The notes: generated by a model not told the origin, from the sequence alone. Positions 38,703-51,748 are shown, counted from the first letter of the whole stretch. The stretch is DNA of 62,939 nucleotides, filler included, from Asterionella formosa (GCA_002256025.1; 11 parts of 11 records of this genome joined end to end with filler, not necessarily neighbours in it); one strand, 5' to 3'. Numbers and translations: made by a program.

Positions 38703-40076
38703 GGGTCGTTCTTATCATTTTCGATTTGGTATCATTTCTTTTGAAAAAGTATCATGTAACGGCTACTCGATTTAAACCGAAAAAATCCATTCTCCACAAA
38801 AATAAAAATGAAATTGTATCACCCAAAAAGTATCACGAAATTCAACGGTTACGGGCTGGCTACAATCATGTGCATATCCCTCCAGACTTCCCTCCTGACT
38901 ATTTCGATACTTGACACAACCAAAGATGGTAGTAATATAGGAAATGACGTGACCCAACAAATTTGACAAAATCATCATGATTGCCTGATTGTTTGTTTTT
39001 TCGATAGGCAACTTGATAATGATGATAATGATGATTAATGTATATCCCATTACCAATGAAAAGTCTTTGGAAGTGAGGACATCATATTTTTTTGCGTATT
39101 CAGCATCAATTCCAACTTGGTCCCAGTATTCATCTTCGGGAAATGCTAGAATGATGCAGTCGTCATCCTCATCATCATTATATGTGACAACAAGTCGATC
39201 GAAAATGAACTTGTGTCGAAATCTTCTTGCATCAAGTTCAGCCAGAGTTGGTGGCTGACCTAGACGCAAAACATCACTGCGATGCTTGTTGCACATGTTG
39301 ACATTAATGACACGGAAGTATGTGTTTATGCAGGTCACAGCATCTGGAGGGGTTGACTTTGCCTGTGCCTTTTTCTTTTTCGCCTTTTTCACAGGAGGGT
39401 TCACTTCCTCTTGTTCAAACTGAGGATCGACCAAAGACTCATGTGGCTGCCCTGCTGTTGCCTCTTGAACTTTTTCGTTCCTTTCATCATTATCATCTTC
39501 GCAATCTTCATCGACTCTGAATTCCTCATCATTAATTGATGAATCTTCGTGATTATGATTATCACTATCCAATTCAATGTCTGATTCATTGACAATGAAA
39601 GATCTAGGGTATATCCTCTGTGACAAGCTTTCTCTCTTCAAAAGTCGAGCAATCAAAGCAACAGTGAAAGCCTTCTTCGCATTTTTGTATCCAGAAACTT
39701 TGTATCTGACGCAAATTTTTCGGAGAACCTTGACCGAGATCTGCTTCATTGCAACACCTTTGATGAAAATCACCTTTGTCCTTTCACTATCAAGCACAAA
39801 GTCATCAGGAAGTATGAGGGAGTCAACAAATCGATCGACTTCAGTATCTGTAGCAAGAGACTGCATTGTACTATCGTTGAAGGTGGTGGGTCGATCTTGA
39901 CATACAGTGGTCTCCACATCAACAGTTGTTGTTTGCGTTTGTGTGACTGGTTCCATACTATGCGGTTCCATTTGCCTTGCTTGTAGTATCTTCAGGGAGA
40001 TTCAAATGACTGATCTGTAGTAACAAATACACAAAAACACTTGGGAGTTATAAGATCGCCAAGTATAACTTTCTGT
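38703..40076 (-). mobile_element. Putative PIF/Harbinger-like element end carrying a frameshifted accessory-type ORF (38772-39971)
   Basis: Boundary TAA|GGGTCGTTC next to the copia leader. A small frameshift near 39043 restores YQVAYRKNKQSGNHDDFVKFVGSRHFLYYYHLWL, which resembles stramenopile Harbinger-associated ORFs (recollection). Confidence 0.5.
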
Positions 40077-40176
40077 NNNNNNNNNNNNNNNNNNNNNNNN
40101 NNNNNNNNNNNNNNNNNNNNTTAATTAATTAANNNNNNNNNNNNNNNNNNNNNNNNNNNNNNNNNNNNNNNNNNNN

Positions 40177-41197
40177 CAATTGTTGGAGGCTTGGAGGTTG
40201 GTTCATATCGAATCGTTGCAACTGTTGATTCCATTTGTTCATTGATCGCATTATTATAATCCATGTCTTGTGTAGATTTTTCGATTTGTTTTTCGGTCAT
40301 TGTCCTCCTTTCATTTTTGGTTGTTTTTGACTTTGAATTGTCAACAATACGATTTTGCTGCTCCATCACTTCAATGTCAATATCCTTTTTGAATGTTTTG
40401 TTAGGAATGACATCATGACTGGAAAGAATTCCAGAATAGGTCGTATCACTTTCTTCCTCTTCGAATTCATTTCCGAACGACAATACATTCAAGTCCTTTT
40501 TTCCCTTTCGTTTCTTTTTGTTTTTCTTCGTAGCTAGTATTTCTTGTTTCGTTGATGCTGCTGCTGCTTTCCACGGGACGATGGATGTTGATGATGGTAT
40601 CAATTCTGTCAACAATGGATGCTCCATAATTTTAACCCCCGTAATACATGGTGCATATTCCAAATCGATTGGTTCATGGTTGTCATTGCATTCCATATTT
40701 CCAATCCGTAATACATTGAATAATGTTGGTCCCACGACAGTACCAAACAACACATGTGTACCATTTAAATAGGGTGCTTCATCCAAGGTAATAAAAAATT
40801 GTGGTTGAAGCAACGGTTGACCAATGTTATTGTCATCCTCTTCTATACTCAAGGCCATGGCAACTTGACCACGATGATTAAAACGTAATCTAGACTGAAT
40901 TTCATATTTGCGTCGTTCCAATTGTTCCTTCGCCTGGACATGATTTTGATACTCCTTATTCTCAAAACCGGAGTGTTGGAATGGTTCCTTTCGAATAGCA
41001 CCAGTTTGTATGCACATATTCGGAACAATCCGATGAAAGATCATATTAGTAAAGTAACCATCCAAACATAATTGTAAAAATAATTTGGTTGTTAATGGAC
41101 ATTCTCGACACCATAATTGCAATTCAATTGGCCCATGCGTCGTTTCGAAAATGACTCGACCAGAAGTTGCAGGTTCTGTGGCGTAGACAGATGACAT
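40177..41197 (-). CDS. CWC27: Spliceosomal cyclophilin-type PPIase, CWC27-like, 3' truncated
   Basis: MSSVYATEPATSGRV..IELQLWCRECP..FLQLCLDGYF..FHRIV..RLRFNHRGQVAMA..QFFITL..HVLFG, followed by KKDLNVLSFG and SSHD motifs. Confidence 0.88.
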
Positions 41198-41749
41198 TGG
41201 TCGTATGGCAATGGGATGATGTGTGTGAGAAGGTCAAGATTAATAGTACAAGAAGTAGAGAATGGAAGAAGGATCTAATGTTGTTGCTGTTGCTGCTTTT
41301 CAGACAATGATCCGGCATGTAGGATTGGATCTTTTCTTGATTGTTGTGGTTGGCTTTGGAAAAACAGAATGTTTAATGGGGTTAGGGTTTGCATGGAAAC
41401 TGGCTCCTGCTGGCTTAGTGCTGAGGCGAAACTCGACGGCCGAGCCATGACGTCTGCCCGCCGTAAATCGGTACAGAAACATCAAACTTCCCTTGCTGTC
41501 GTCAACGACAGAAGTTCGTAAGAATGGATGCTCGCCAAGAATCATACTGCTACTGGTATCTACCGTTACATGATGAATTTTGTACCAGTATGTATCCTCA
41601 GATGAATCGATATTGTATATATACATAAATAAGGGTATTAATAAATGATGATATTAGGGTGGTATATTCTTGAAACTATTGTAATTTTCTGTCACATACA
41701 AATATCTATGGGTTGGCGTTGCGGTAATAGACGGTTTTTACTATAAGGG

Positions 41750-42154
41750 NNNNNNNNNNNNNNNNNNNNNNNNNNNNNNNNNNNNNNNNNNNNNNNNNNN
41801 NNNNNNNNNNNNNNNNNNNNNNNNNNNNNNNNNNNNNNNNNNNNNNNNNNNNNNNNNNNNNNNNNNNNNNNNNNNNNNNNNNNNNNNNNNNNNNNNNNNN
41901 NNNNNNNNNNNNNNNNNNNNNNNNNNNNNNNNNNNNNNNNNNNNNNNNNNNNNNNNNNNNNNNNNNNNNNNNNNNNNNNNNNNNNNNNNNNNNNNNNNNN
42001 NNNNNNNNNNNNNNNNNNNNNNNNNNNNNNNNNNNNNNNNNNNNNNNNNNNNNNNNNNNNNNNNNNNNNNNNNNNNNNNNNNNNNNNNNNNNNNNNNNNN
42101 NNNNNNNNNNNNNNNNNNNNNNNNNNNNNNNNNNNNNNNNNNNNNNNNNNNNNN
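41750..42154. other. Intra-scaffold gap (~405 N)
   Basis: Run of N without the spacer motif. Confidence 0.95.
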
Positions 42155-42440
42155 TATCATTAGTCGCTCACCTGATGCAGTTGCAAAGTGCTTACATGCA
42201 CCTGCATTTGCAATAATATTTCATTTCTTCGCGGTCGGCTTTCTAGATCTCTTGTCATTGTTTCTTTACAAGGAATCCACAAACATCAGAGAGACAGGAA
42301 GATAGCGGTAGTACATACCTGGTACACAACGAATCTCGTTTCTTATTGCTGAATAATTAGCTACCGGTACAGTCATTCATATTTTATGATACAGCGATTT
42401 TGCGGTTCTTACATCCAACAATCACTCTCGTTTCACAAAA

Positions 42441-44598
42441 ATGTCAGAACCTCAGCTACCAGAAGACAGTCCCACTGAACGATCCCCTCTCCTCCTTGCG
42501 GATCAATCTGACGATGAATCTACACTGTCTCAACGTGTCTTTAAGGAAGAAATGGAAGAACCATGGCCAGCTACCTTTGAACGATCGATTATGTTGTTGG
42601 CATCACCTATTATCACTGCCAAGGAAGTTGATTTTGTTACACATTCGCCCAAACCAGGCCTATCCATGACAGGAGCGGCAAAGTGGAGAGTAGGTTGTTT
42701 TGTGCTTTTTTCGTTAATGTTATTCTTCGTTATCTTTACCTCATCCAACCTCTCCACCTTTACTTTGATATTTATTTGTATACTCCTATTACACAAAACT
42801 CAGAATGCATACCGAGGTCTTGAACGACGCTTTGATACACCTGAAGCTCCTACCAAATCAGCACTATTAAGACCAGGGAGTAAAACAATGGATGACGAAT
42901 CGTTTGTGAAATTGAAAAAGGCTCAATCCTTGGATTGGTCTCCAGCGACTGTCATTCGTAAACAGCATCAACAGAAAACTGACGAAGCCAAGGCATATAG
43001 ACAGCAATTGTTGCTAAAAGCCAATAAGGGAGTCCAACAACATAAAAAGAACATTGTTGAAAAAGAAATTGAGACAAAAGCCACTTTTTCACAATGTGTC
43101 TTTAACATGGCAAATATTCTCATGGTACGTGTAGGGGAGAATGATGATGTTATGAATGGGGTATCTATTCTTTTGTAATGTGGTGCTGTTATAGTCATTG
43201 ATGCACATTTGATGGGCTTTGAGGACAGCGATGCTTACTCAAAAATATTGCATTTTTAATCTTATCTCTCATCATGGATATAATGATTTCCAGGGCGTTG
43301 GAATGTTGGGACTCCCATTCGTATTCAAATCGGCTGGATGGATTGGAGGCTTTTTTGTTTCTGTTGGACTTGGTTCCGTCACTTGGTATACGTCAATCTT
43401 GATTGGACGGCAATTGAATGGTGATCCGCGACCTGCAGCATTCTTTGATGATTCACCCTACAAATCTACTTTGATGCCTGGTTCGAGTTCTGAGGCTAGA
43501 ATGCGACCATTCATCACATCCTTTCCTCAAATTGCTCGTGAATCTTTTGGAGACCGAGGCAATATTCTCTTGAGTTCAGTATTGTACTTTGAGTTATTTA
43601 GCTGTTTGTGTATTTTTTTGGTCACGTTGGGCACACACTTAGAAAAGTTGTTTCCAACCGTGTCGAAAGAAATACACATGGCCATTATGGCTGGACTGCT
43701 GACCCTCCCGACAGCACTATTGCGCACACCTCGCCTTCTTTCTTATTTGAGTATGGTGGGAACCTTTGCTACAGTGTGTGTTGTCATGGCGGTATTGCTA
43801 TCTGCGCTCGTCGAAGGAGATATGTCAGCTCAAGTTGCAGAGAGTAATGGAGATAAAGAGTCGCCCCGTATGTTGTGGAGTACAACGGGTTTACCCCTTG
43901 CTCTTGGACTGATTGCTTACACGTTTTCAGGACATGCAATTGTTCCTTCCCTGTATGCATCCATGGAACGACCTCAGGATTTTGAGAGAATGATCAATTG
44001 CACGTTTGCGATTGTCATGTGTTGCTGCTTGGTTGTTGCCGTTTCTGGATACTACATGTTTGGAAATGAAGTGCAAGATCAAATCACTATTAGTTTGGAA
44101 GAAAGCAGCTCAGCAGTTTTGGCCATGGAGTGTTTGAGTACGTACTTTACAAATGTATGGTGGTTTCGTTTTCTGTTTTTTTCTCAATTCATGGATATCT
44201 AACTTGCTTGTCAAATCCTGATTGCATTTCCAGCCTGGCTCATGATTCTAACGGCCTTTTCTAAATTCACGCTAACCATGTTTCCACTTGCAATTGGAAT
44301 TGAGGAACTTGTCGCCCCCTTTCTCCCCCATGAACGAGCCATGGAATTAGCGTCCGGTCTGATCAAGCTGATGTTGATCCTAGCTTCCCTGGGGGTTGCC
44401 ATGTTTGTTCCCTCCTTTAGCTTCATTTGTGCCTTGGTTGGGTTGATTTGTACCATGATTGTATCTGTTATTTTCCCAGCAGCGGCACATTTGCAACTTT
44501 TTGGTGACACTTTGTCAGTATCCGAAATAATTATGAATTGGATTCTGATTTTCCTTGGAGGGTTTGTTGCTGTGGTTGGAACTATTGCGACGATTTAA
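42441..44598 (+). CDS. Amino-acid transporter (Aa_trans/AAAP, AVT1-like). Exons 42441-42689, 42804-43124, 43294-44137, 44234-44598
   Basis: ATFSQCVFNMANILM|GVGMLGLPFVFKSAGWIGG, YTFSGHAIVPSLYASM, SGYYMFG, KFTLTMFP, multiple TM helices. GT-AG introns keep the frame. Confidence 0.93.
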
Positions 44599-44917
44599 AT
44601 TTTTGATATAGAGGGTATTTTTACTGCCGTTTGTAGCAGAAATGCAATATATATAGATTTATTGGAAGCAAGTGTTTCTTAGAATCGACTGAACCGTGCA
44701 AGTCTGCAATACAAAAGGTGGAAGATTTTGTGATTGGAATCACTTTCTCTATACACAATGGAATGTTCATTGAAAATCGTACGCTTGGTCACACATGTCT
44801 ATATAATGGATCTAATTGATTTGTCATTGCAGATATCAATCCTCGTCCAGTGCATGTCGTCAGTCATACAAGTCACGAAACCAACAATAATAATTGATAG
44901 AAGAACGTGTTTATATT

Positions 44918-45745
44918 TTACGCAAGGCGTGACACTCCATACGCTTCGGTTAACTCCATCAACTCCTTTGTGAGCGTCGCGGCTTCTGGATCATCAAGAA
45001 AGGGAATAACATCATCCGAAAGGTCTAATTTGATCTCATCAATGGCAGCCCGAATGGAGGCATTGATCTTTTCTTGAATTACAGCTTCGGCCGAACGTTT
45101 CATGGAGGCCATCTCTTCCGCTTTGACTATTTCATTTTCAGCCATAAGTTCCGCTTTTTTGGTATCGATCTGGTTCTGAAACGTTTCCCAATTAGGAATC
45201 TCATCGGGAAGAACTGGGTCATACTTCGTTAGTCCAGCAACTCCTCCAGGAAATCTTGTTTCAATGTCCTGAGTGACATCGTTGAGGAACTCTTGAAATT
45301 CCAGGTCCAGTGCTGCTGGCTTCATCGGCAACACTCCTCTCAATTCAGTCTCCTTGGCAGTCAGCCCGGAAATCGCATGTTGCAATATTTCGGCAGCTTG
45401 TCCTTCCAAGGACGCAATAGCAGGTTGAAATTTTTGAAACAGTCGTCCCTTCTTTTCCCGCAGCGCTATTTCCAATTCGGCATTGCGATTGTCCACCAAA
45501 AGATCGGGTACTAGTATCTCGCGTCCCAAGTCCTTGGCAACTCGAGGTCGGTACTCTGCCATGAGCTCTTCAATTCGAGTATCTTCCAACACCGCGCATT
45601 CGTCAGAAGTGGGAGGGGTACCAAAGCCCTGGTACATACTGATCCATAGATCCATCGATTTGGACAAAACTCGAACTACCTTGTTAATGATTTCCCGTTC
45701 CATTCGGGATCGATGGCCATCTTGAAGCTGTTGAAATAGTCCCAT
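44918..45745 (-). CDS. Hypothetical helical/coiled-coil protein fragment
   Basis: 275-aa E/L/A-rich ORF. Its upstream region continues on the contig that starts at 17253. Resemblance to GBP-type helical regions is only a guess. Confidence 0.55.
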   Translation of the reverse strand: MGLFQQLQDGHRSRMEREIINKVVRVLSKSMDLWISMYQGFGTPPTSDECAVLEDTRIEELMAEYRPRVAKDLGREILVPDLLVDNRNAELEIALREKKGRLFQKFQPAIASLEGQAAEILQHAISGLTAKETELRGVLPMKPAALDLEFQEFLNDVTQDIETRFPGGVAGLTKYDPVLPDEIPNWETFQNQIDTKKAELMAENEIVKAEEMASMKRSAEAVIQEKINASIRAAIDEIKLDLSDDVIPFLDDPEAATLTKELMELTEAYGVSRLA

Positions 45746-46227
45746 TGGGTCACTATTCTATCCCTATATTTATATGAAGAACTAGATATATTGCTGGTNN
45801 NNNNNNNNNNNNNNNNNNNNNNNNNNNNNNNNNNNNNNNNNNTTAATTAATTAANNNNNNNNNNNNNNNNNNNNNNNNNNNNNNNNNNNNNNNNNNNNGA
45901 ATCCTTCATGATGTTGTCGCAACCTTGACCATGACGAAAATACGAATTATCTCCACGAAAATAGAGAACGACGCTTTGCTACTTGCTCCCTGTATTAAGA
46001 ACGACATGGAAAATACAATCGTAAAAGAAGTAAAGTAATAACACTAATAATGACAACGAAAATTGAGATCGCCGATAACAACATGAAGTCCCGTTTTTCT
46101 TGCGAGGTGAATAACTCTCTCATTTTTCACAAGACGAAAATAATTGTCATTTTAATACATCTTAGAAAAATGTGGGCTATCCTGTAGAACTAAAGAAATT
46201 TACTTAGGTCCATTAGAAGGGAAATCT

Positions 46228-46309
46228 CTTCATTGTCCTGGGCCCCCTTAAGTAAAATCAGTCAAATTCAGTCACGGCAGTGTACATTGGGGGGTCCAGG
46301 ACAATGAAG
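46228..46309. repeat. 82-bp mini inverted-repeat element (second copy 57112-57194, inverted)
   Basis: 20-bp arms CTTCATTGTCCTGGGCCCCC / GGGGGTCCAGGACAATGAAG with one mismatch; flanks are also shared between the copies. Confidence 0.8.
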
Positions 46310-46972
46310 TATACGGGTAGTCACATGGTACCGGTACCAGGGCACCTGGTACCAGGTACAACACTATTTTGGTTCTTTGTTGTAAGGAGAAGCAAATACT
46401 TCATACTGTGCAGTACATACCGGTACTACATTCTTTTTTATTTTAACTATTTCGTACTGTAACACAAATGTTATATAGGAACGTTCCTTTTGTCCCTGCT
46501 ATATCGGAACATTTCGGTATATTTATTAAATCAATGCGTAAGTATGTTTGCTTACATACCGGTAACTCACATCAATTTACCGGTATGTACAGTGGTTGTG
46601 ACGAGCTCAAATATCTTGTACTCCTTCTCTGGTACGGAGTAGTTCCTGGTATTGTACTAACTATGTAGAATCACCCTCTTATTCTCAACGTAAAGAGTTC
46701 GACCTATTTTACTGATATTTTTGTGTACGACCGGTATTGGTGAAACTCGAACGCGTTGTCTACTTATAAAAAGGATGCATGTGCAGAAATCATTTGTTTT
46801 CTCTCCGTTCCCCCTACGCTCAGCCATTTCAATATATTTTTGCGGCGAGGTGTTCATAAGGTTTCCACAAAACAAAGTACCGGTAATTGGATCAGCGAAT
46901 CCTTTACCCAGTAGTCACTAATCGACAAAAACCCAAAGTCTTGACTAGGCCTCTGCAAAGCGGACGATAACC

Positions 46973-47431
46973 ATGGTGTTGACCAAGAAAGCAGAACGGC
47001 AGAGGGTAAATGGACCCGCCAGCAAAGATAACGATAGAGGTTCTGCGTTCCTTCGATGCGCCATTTGGTTTGCGCTCGTGTCATTTTGTATCGAAGAAAT
47101 TTCGAAACAATTGCTTTTAAAGCATATAAAAGAGACCGGCCAAGGGGATGCCTCCAAAATTATTACATTTGAGACGGTCTTTAAAAAGATGCTTGATACA
47201 AGTGGGTATACAACAGAACCACCCAAGGTGGAGCCGCCACCACCTGCTGCAACTGAACCACCCAAGGTAGAACCGCCACCTCCTGCTGCAACCGAGCCAC
47301 CCAAGGTGGAGCCGCCACCCCCGGCTGCAACTGAACCACCCAAGGTGGAGCTACCACCCCCTGCTGCAACTGAACCACCCAAGGTGGAGCCTCCACCTCC
47401 TGCTGCTACTGAACCACCCAAGCTGGCGTAG
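46973..47431 (+). CDS. Type II membrane-anchored protein N-terminus with five TEPPKVEPPPPAA repeats
   Basis: Hydrophobic segment AFLRCAIWFALVSFCI, then 39-bp units at 47213-47407 that differ mostly at third codon positions. Confidence 0.7.
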   Translation: MVLTKKAERQRVNGPASKDNDRGSAFLRCAIWFALVSFCIEEISKQLLLKHIKETGQGDASKIITFETVFKKMLDTSGYTTEPPKVEPPPPAATEPPKVEPPPPAATEPPKVEPPPPAATEPPKVELPPPAATEPPKVEPPPPAATEPPKLA

Positions 47432-50412
47432 AGTATAGGTGACGAATGAAGATAAGGAGACTCGCTGTCAATCAGGGATTTGCCAATTTCAAAGCACAAG
47501 AAAAAAGAAAACCCAACCCCATACCTCAAAAAATTATGCCAATACTTTATGTTTTAATACAGCTGACTTACTCCAATAATGATTAGTTGATAATGGCAGC
47601 TTAAGATAATGAAAAGTTATAACTTTCGTAACTTCCTTGTTCCATTAATTTATTTTCAACAGCTACTATTTGATAGTTATCAGTCGGTTTGTCTCTGATT
47701 ACAGGAATCAAATGCCAGTCCATAACTATTATTACTGGGTGTTTCTTGCTGCAAATGGGACAATAGAATGAAAACTCAAGTGAAAATAAACTCTTTTAGG
47801 TACTCTACTTGAAAGATAAGTCGTAGATTAACCTGAAAGGAGTTCGACTTCTTGAAAATAGTATATGTATTGATATACGGTATATATTTAATCACTCAGC
47901 AGCCTAGTAGGTGCTAGGCAGTGGATGGTAGCATCACTGTGAGTTTAGGAGACTGGCGGTAGCTAAATAGATACGACTCTATCGGTATTTACAATTATAG
48001 TGAACTTGTATCAAGAAGAATTAATTTCAACAAACCCAACAGATATTGGCTTCGCCTTGCCCACTGATGGGAACATATGGAAGGCCACAGACACCTGGAA
48101 AGCTTCTGGGACAGAAAATCTTTTATGCACTCTTGCCGCTCATAGGCACAAGTGCAACTATATTTTAGCTTTTGCATACTTAAAATTAAATGTATCCTTC
48201 TATTACATACTAGTTGTGTGACCTCACGTAGGGACTATGTCATTTTTTTAATGAAAAATGTCTACTTTCATAGATTGTATTATCATGCCAGCCAGCACAC
48301 TATTCACAAAAGACTTCCTATAACCATACACTCACAACCTAACCCAAACCAAGCAATAAAATTCACAGTACATATCCTCTGTATATCTCAACACTTGTCC
48401 TCTATATACAGTATTGCACGGTGTTAACAACCACATATCTTCCCTCATGAATTCAACAATAATAATTTTTGAATAACAAAAATCGAAATCACCACTAGAA
48501 TCAATTTTCTCCATTTTGAAGATGCAACCAAAGCAGAGACATCATTGAGTCTGCGATGGCTCATTTGATAACTTATGCTAGATAATTATTTCTATCTACT
48601 GTACAAATAATGAGAAAACTTGAAAAACGCAATCTCAGAAATGGTAAAACAGCTCATGATGCAAGAAAATACCTTAACGTGGCTGTTTCTATCTACTGAC
48701 TTCTACTTATACACTTCTCCTCGTGGATGCTCCCAGGTATACTCTCCGCACTGGGGAGGCCCCAATTGAAGAAATTGCAAAGAAATAGAAGGGGGCGGGA
48801 TTGCTGTATACCAACTGGGATCAACTTTTCTATAAAATTGGTGGTGCATTGGTAATGGAACAGTGCTCTTCGAGTCATGCACTCAATTGTTCTTTCATCA
48901 GATTGTATATATTCCAAAAACAAGAAAGGAAGAATGTAGAATTCTTCATCCCATTCTTCATAGCTAGCTTTCTAGAGAGAAGACTTTCTAAGCATCAACA
49001 ATTTCAGCATGCCAATCACGCTTAAAATCAATCACAAAAACATGCCAAGCCTCAAGGAGGAGAATTTCATAGCATTTATCACTGGAGAAAGTGACTTGCA
49101 TGTTAGTAATCAACTCCTGGAATCTAATTGAATCCCAGAGACACGATTAAGTATGACTAGTAAACAAGCTTGAAAAAGATGCCATCCTTGTTCTTCTGAA
49201 AGGTGGTCACCTGACCACTTCTGCAAATAGAAAGTATCATATTAATAATATCATTGGTATTTTACAGCTTTAAGTGGCATAGAATGGTTTGCCACACGAT
49301 GATGGTACTGCTATTATTTGTATGATAATTGCAAATTGTAAAAATTATCATTTGATCATCCTTTCTTGAATTTTACTGAATTTCTCATGATCATTGAATA
49401 CAAATTGTTTCTATAACACCATCATCAATTTAAATTAATAAAATCCTATGTTGTGCATTCGTTCATCATACTATACCTCCATAAAAGCCATCGTACTTCT
49501 AATGAAAGTCACTGTTCCAAATAAGTAGAAACGGATTGAAATTATGATACAATTTTTAGAAATGATTCTATTTTGCTTTTAAATCTTGAGTCGCTGCAAA
49601 ATTTGTAACCCTTTTCTCCCATCTCACTGCTCGCTTTGTTCTCGTCTGCTTTCTTAATAACCCAGTTCTGACACTCGTATTGTAAGCTGCCTCTCGCCCT
49701 TCCCATGTACTCCGGTTATGAATTCTGACACCCTTACTGCTAGCTGTCTCTACCCGTTCCCTGTACTCCGATTCAAAATCAGCCTTTATTATTTTACAAT
49801 CATTGTTGATCCATTTTAATTGTCTTCACCATAGTAAGAAATGCCAAGAAAGGAATTACTTGATAGTCATATTTTGCTAATGCCACAGCATGTATTTCAA
49901 TTCTATCTTCACGTACCACAAACTGATGTAGTACTCTTTTCGCATATTTATGTAACATAATGTGACAGTCTTTCTTTTTTGTTTGTTGTCACTGTAGCGA
50001 AAAATGGGAAGCAACAAACAATATATGACAAATAAGGTTATGATAAGAGAACTGTCAAGAACACTGCAAATGCGCGTTTTCCAGCAAGCGCTACAACCAA
50101 ACAACGGAGCAGCAAACCCACTTGCTACTGTAACAACAACGCCAAATAAGACTACGATGAGCGAAATGTCAAGAACAACAAAGCAAACAATTGATATCCA
50201 GCCAGCGCTACAAATAAAGATTGGAACAGCAATCCCATTCAATTGATTCAAGCGGCTTTTCAAACCAGCAGGCGTGGAAAGGTCAAAACGATAGCAACGA
50301 AATAAAAAGGTTCATAAAAATGCGCTCCTAGCTAACAAAGGCAGAGACTAGAATACAAAAGGTAATCTGATGAGACATAATTTCATAAATCAGATACTCT
50401 CTATCACTACTA

Positions 50413-50779
50413 CATCTACAACGCCGATTACTGGTACAGCCGCCACAAAAAAAACGCCAGTCAAATATGATCACCCAAATTAATTATTTGGGTGGCCCAA
50501 TATGACGAATTTAGCTACGTACATAATTTAAGGGTATGACATCACAAAAAAAAATGATGCATCATACAATATATATGGACGGAGTGAACTAAAATAGTTT
50601 CGACAACTTCCATAATTTTTTTAGAAACCCACATAATTTTTGGGGCCAATTGACAGTATTTTCTTGCGACACGAAGAAAAATTTGTTCAGTAATAATCTC
50701 TATAATACGGTACTTTTCTCTACAATTCGCAACATTTCCGTTCACAAATATTCTTCACTCTGACTACCATTAATTCTGT
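50413..50779 (+). mobile_element. DNA transposon end (CATCTACAACGCC), probably extending further right
   Basis: Near-identical to the reverse complement of 34450-34816; related to ~28375-28490. Confidence 0.8.
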
Positions 50780-51619
50780 TAGTTTGCTCCCATTTTATCT
50801 TTACTTTGATCACATTAATACCTCAAGGTTAAACAAATATATATGCTAGTCAAACAAATAATTATGTGTAACCAATCAATGTTTCAATTAAATTCTAGCT
50901 ACAATCGCAAAATCAATCAAATTAATCACTTCGCTATATAGTTTATATTGATACTTTCTATAGAACGTGATTCCCAAACCAATACGACAAGCAATGGATG
51001 TTCATTCTTGCAGCTGGATGCTGTAACTAATCGCAAGATTGCTTGGCTACTCGTAGTACTTGCAGGAATCCATGTTACTACTACCGGTAGATCAATTCAT
51101 AGCAAATGAGCCGGCTGCTCATTCTCATTGCTCGGATTGATTATCTTTTGTAGAAAGAGGGAAACATTTGCAGAGTGAGTTGATGAGGAAAAAAAGTTAC
51201 GAAGCCATGATTTCGGTTCTGCTGTGCTCCTTACCATGTTCCCCAATGGCCAACCCAGCCCTGATCATATGATTGTCTGCAATCAGTGAACAACAATTGT
51301 AGAGTGAGTTCATGAACAAACAATCGTTACAAAGGCATCATTTTCGTTGTGCTTAGCTACCATGCCGCAGCCTGATTCCCAGCAAATCTCTCGCTCAACA
51401 GATTGATTGTCTGTAGACAAAGAACAGCGTTTGCAGAGTAAGTTCGTGATCAACAAGCAAGTAACAAGCACACAATCAAGCCCTTTTTATAATTCATTAC
51501 AAATAGCAATTCATGCGCTNNNNNNNNNNNNNNNNNNNNNNNNNNNNNNNNNNNNNNNNNNNNTTAATTAATTAANNNNNNNNNNNNNNNNNNNNNNNNN
51601 NNNNNNNNNNNNNNNNNNN

Positions 51620-51748
51620 AATCATCATAGATACAAGATACCTTGATCATATTTTTGATCCAAAAATTATCATATATACGAAAATCCTGTGCCACTTAGC
51701 GTACGATACCCTTGATCCTATATGCATGATACTTTTTATTTACAGATG
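51620..51748 (-). mobile_element. Transposon end CATCTGTAAATAAAAA, related to ends at 24751 and 55659
   Basis: ...tttttatttacagatg with GATC-rich subterminal sequence. Confidence 0.5.

Noticed and set aside
46945..47529. Gly-rich GGSVAAGGGGSTL repeat ORF on the minus strand
   Set aside because: Antisense shadow of the plus-strand Pro-rich ORF, which has the ATG start and hydrophobic anchor.
50413..51748. Complete element TA|CATCT...AGATG|TA with a TA duplication
   Set aside because: It spans the artificial spacer at 51520-51619, so the pairing is coincidental.
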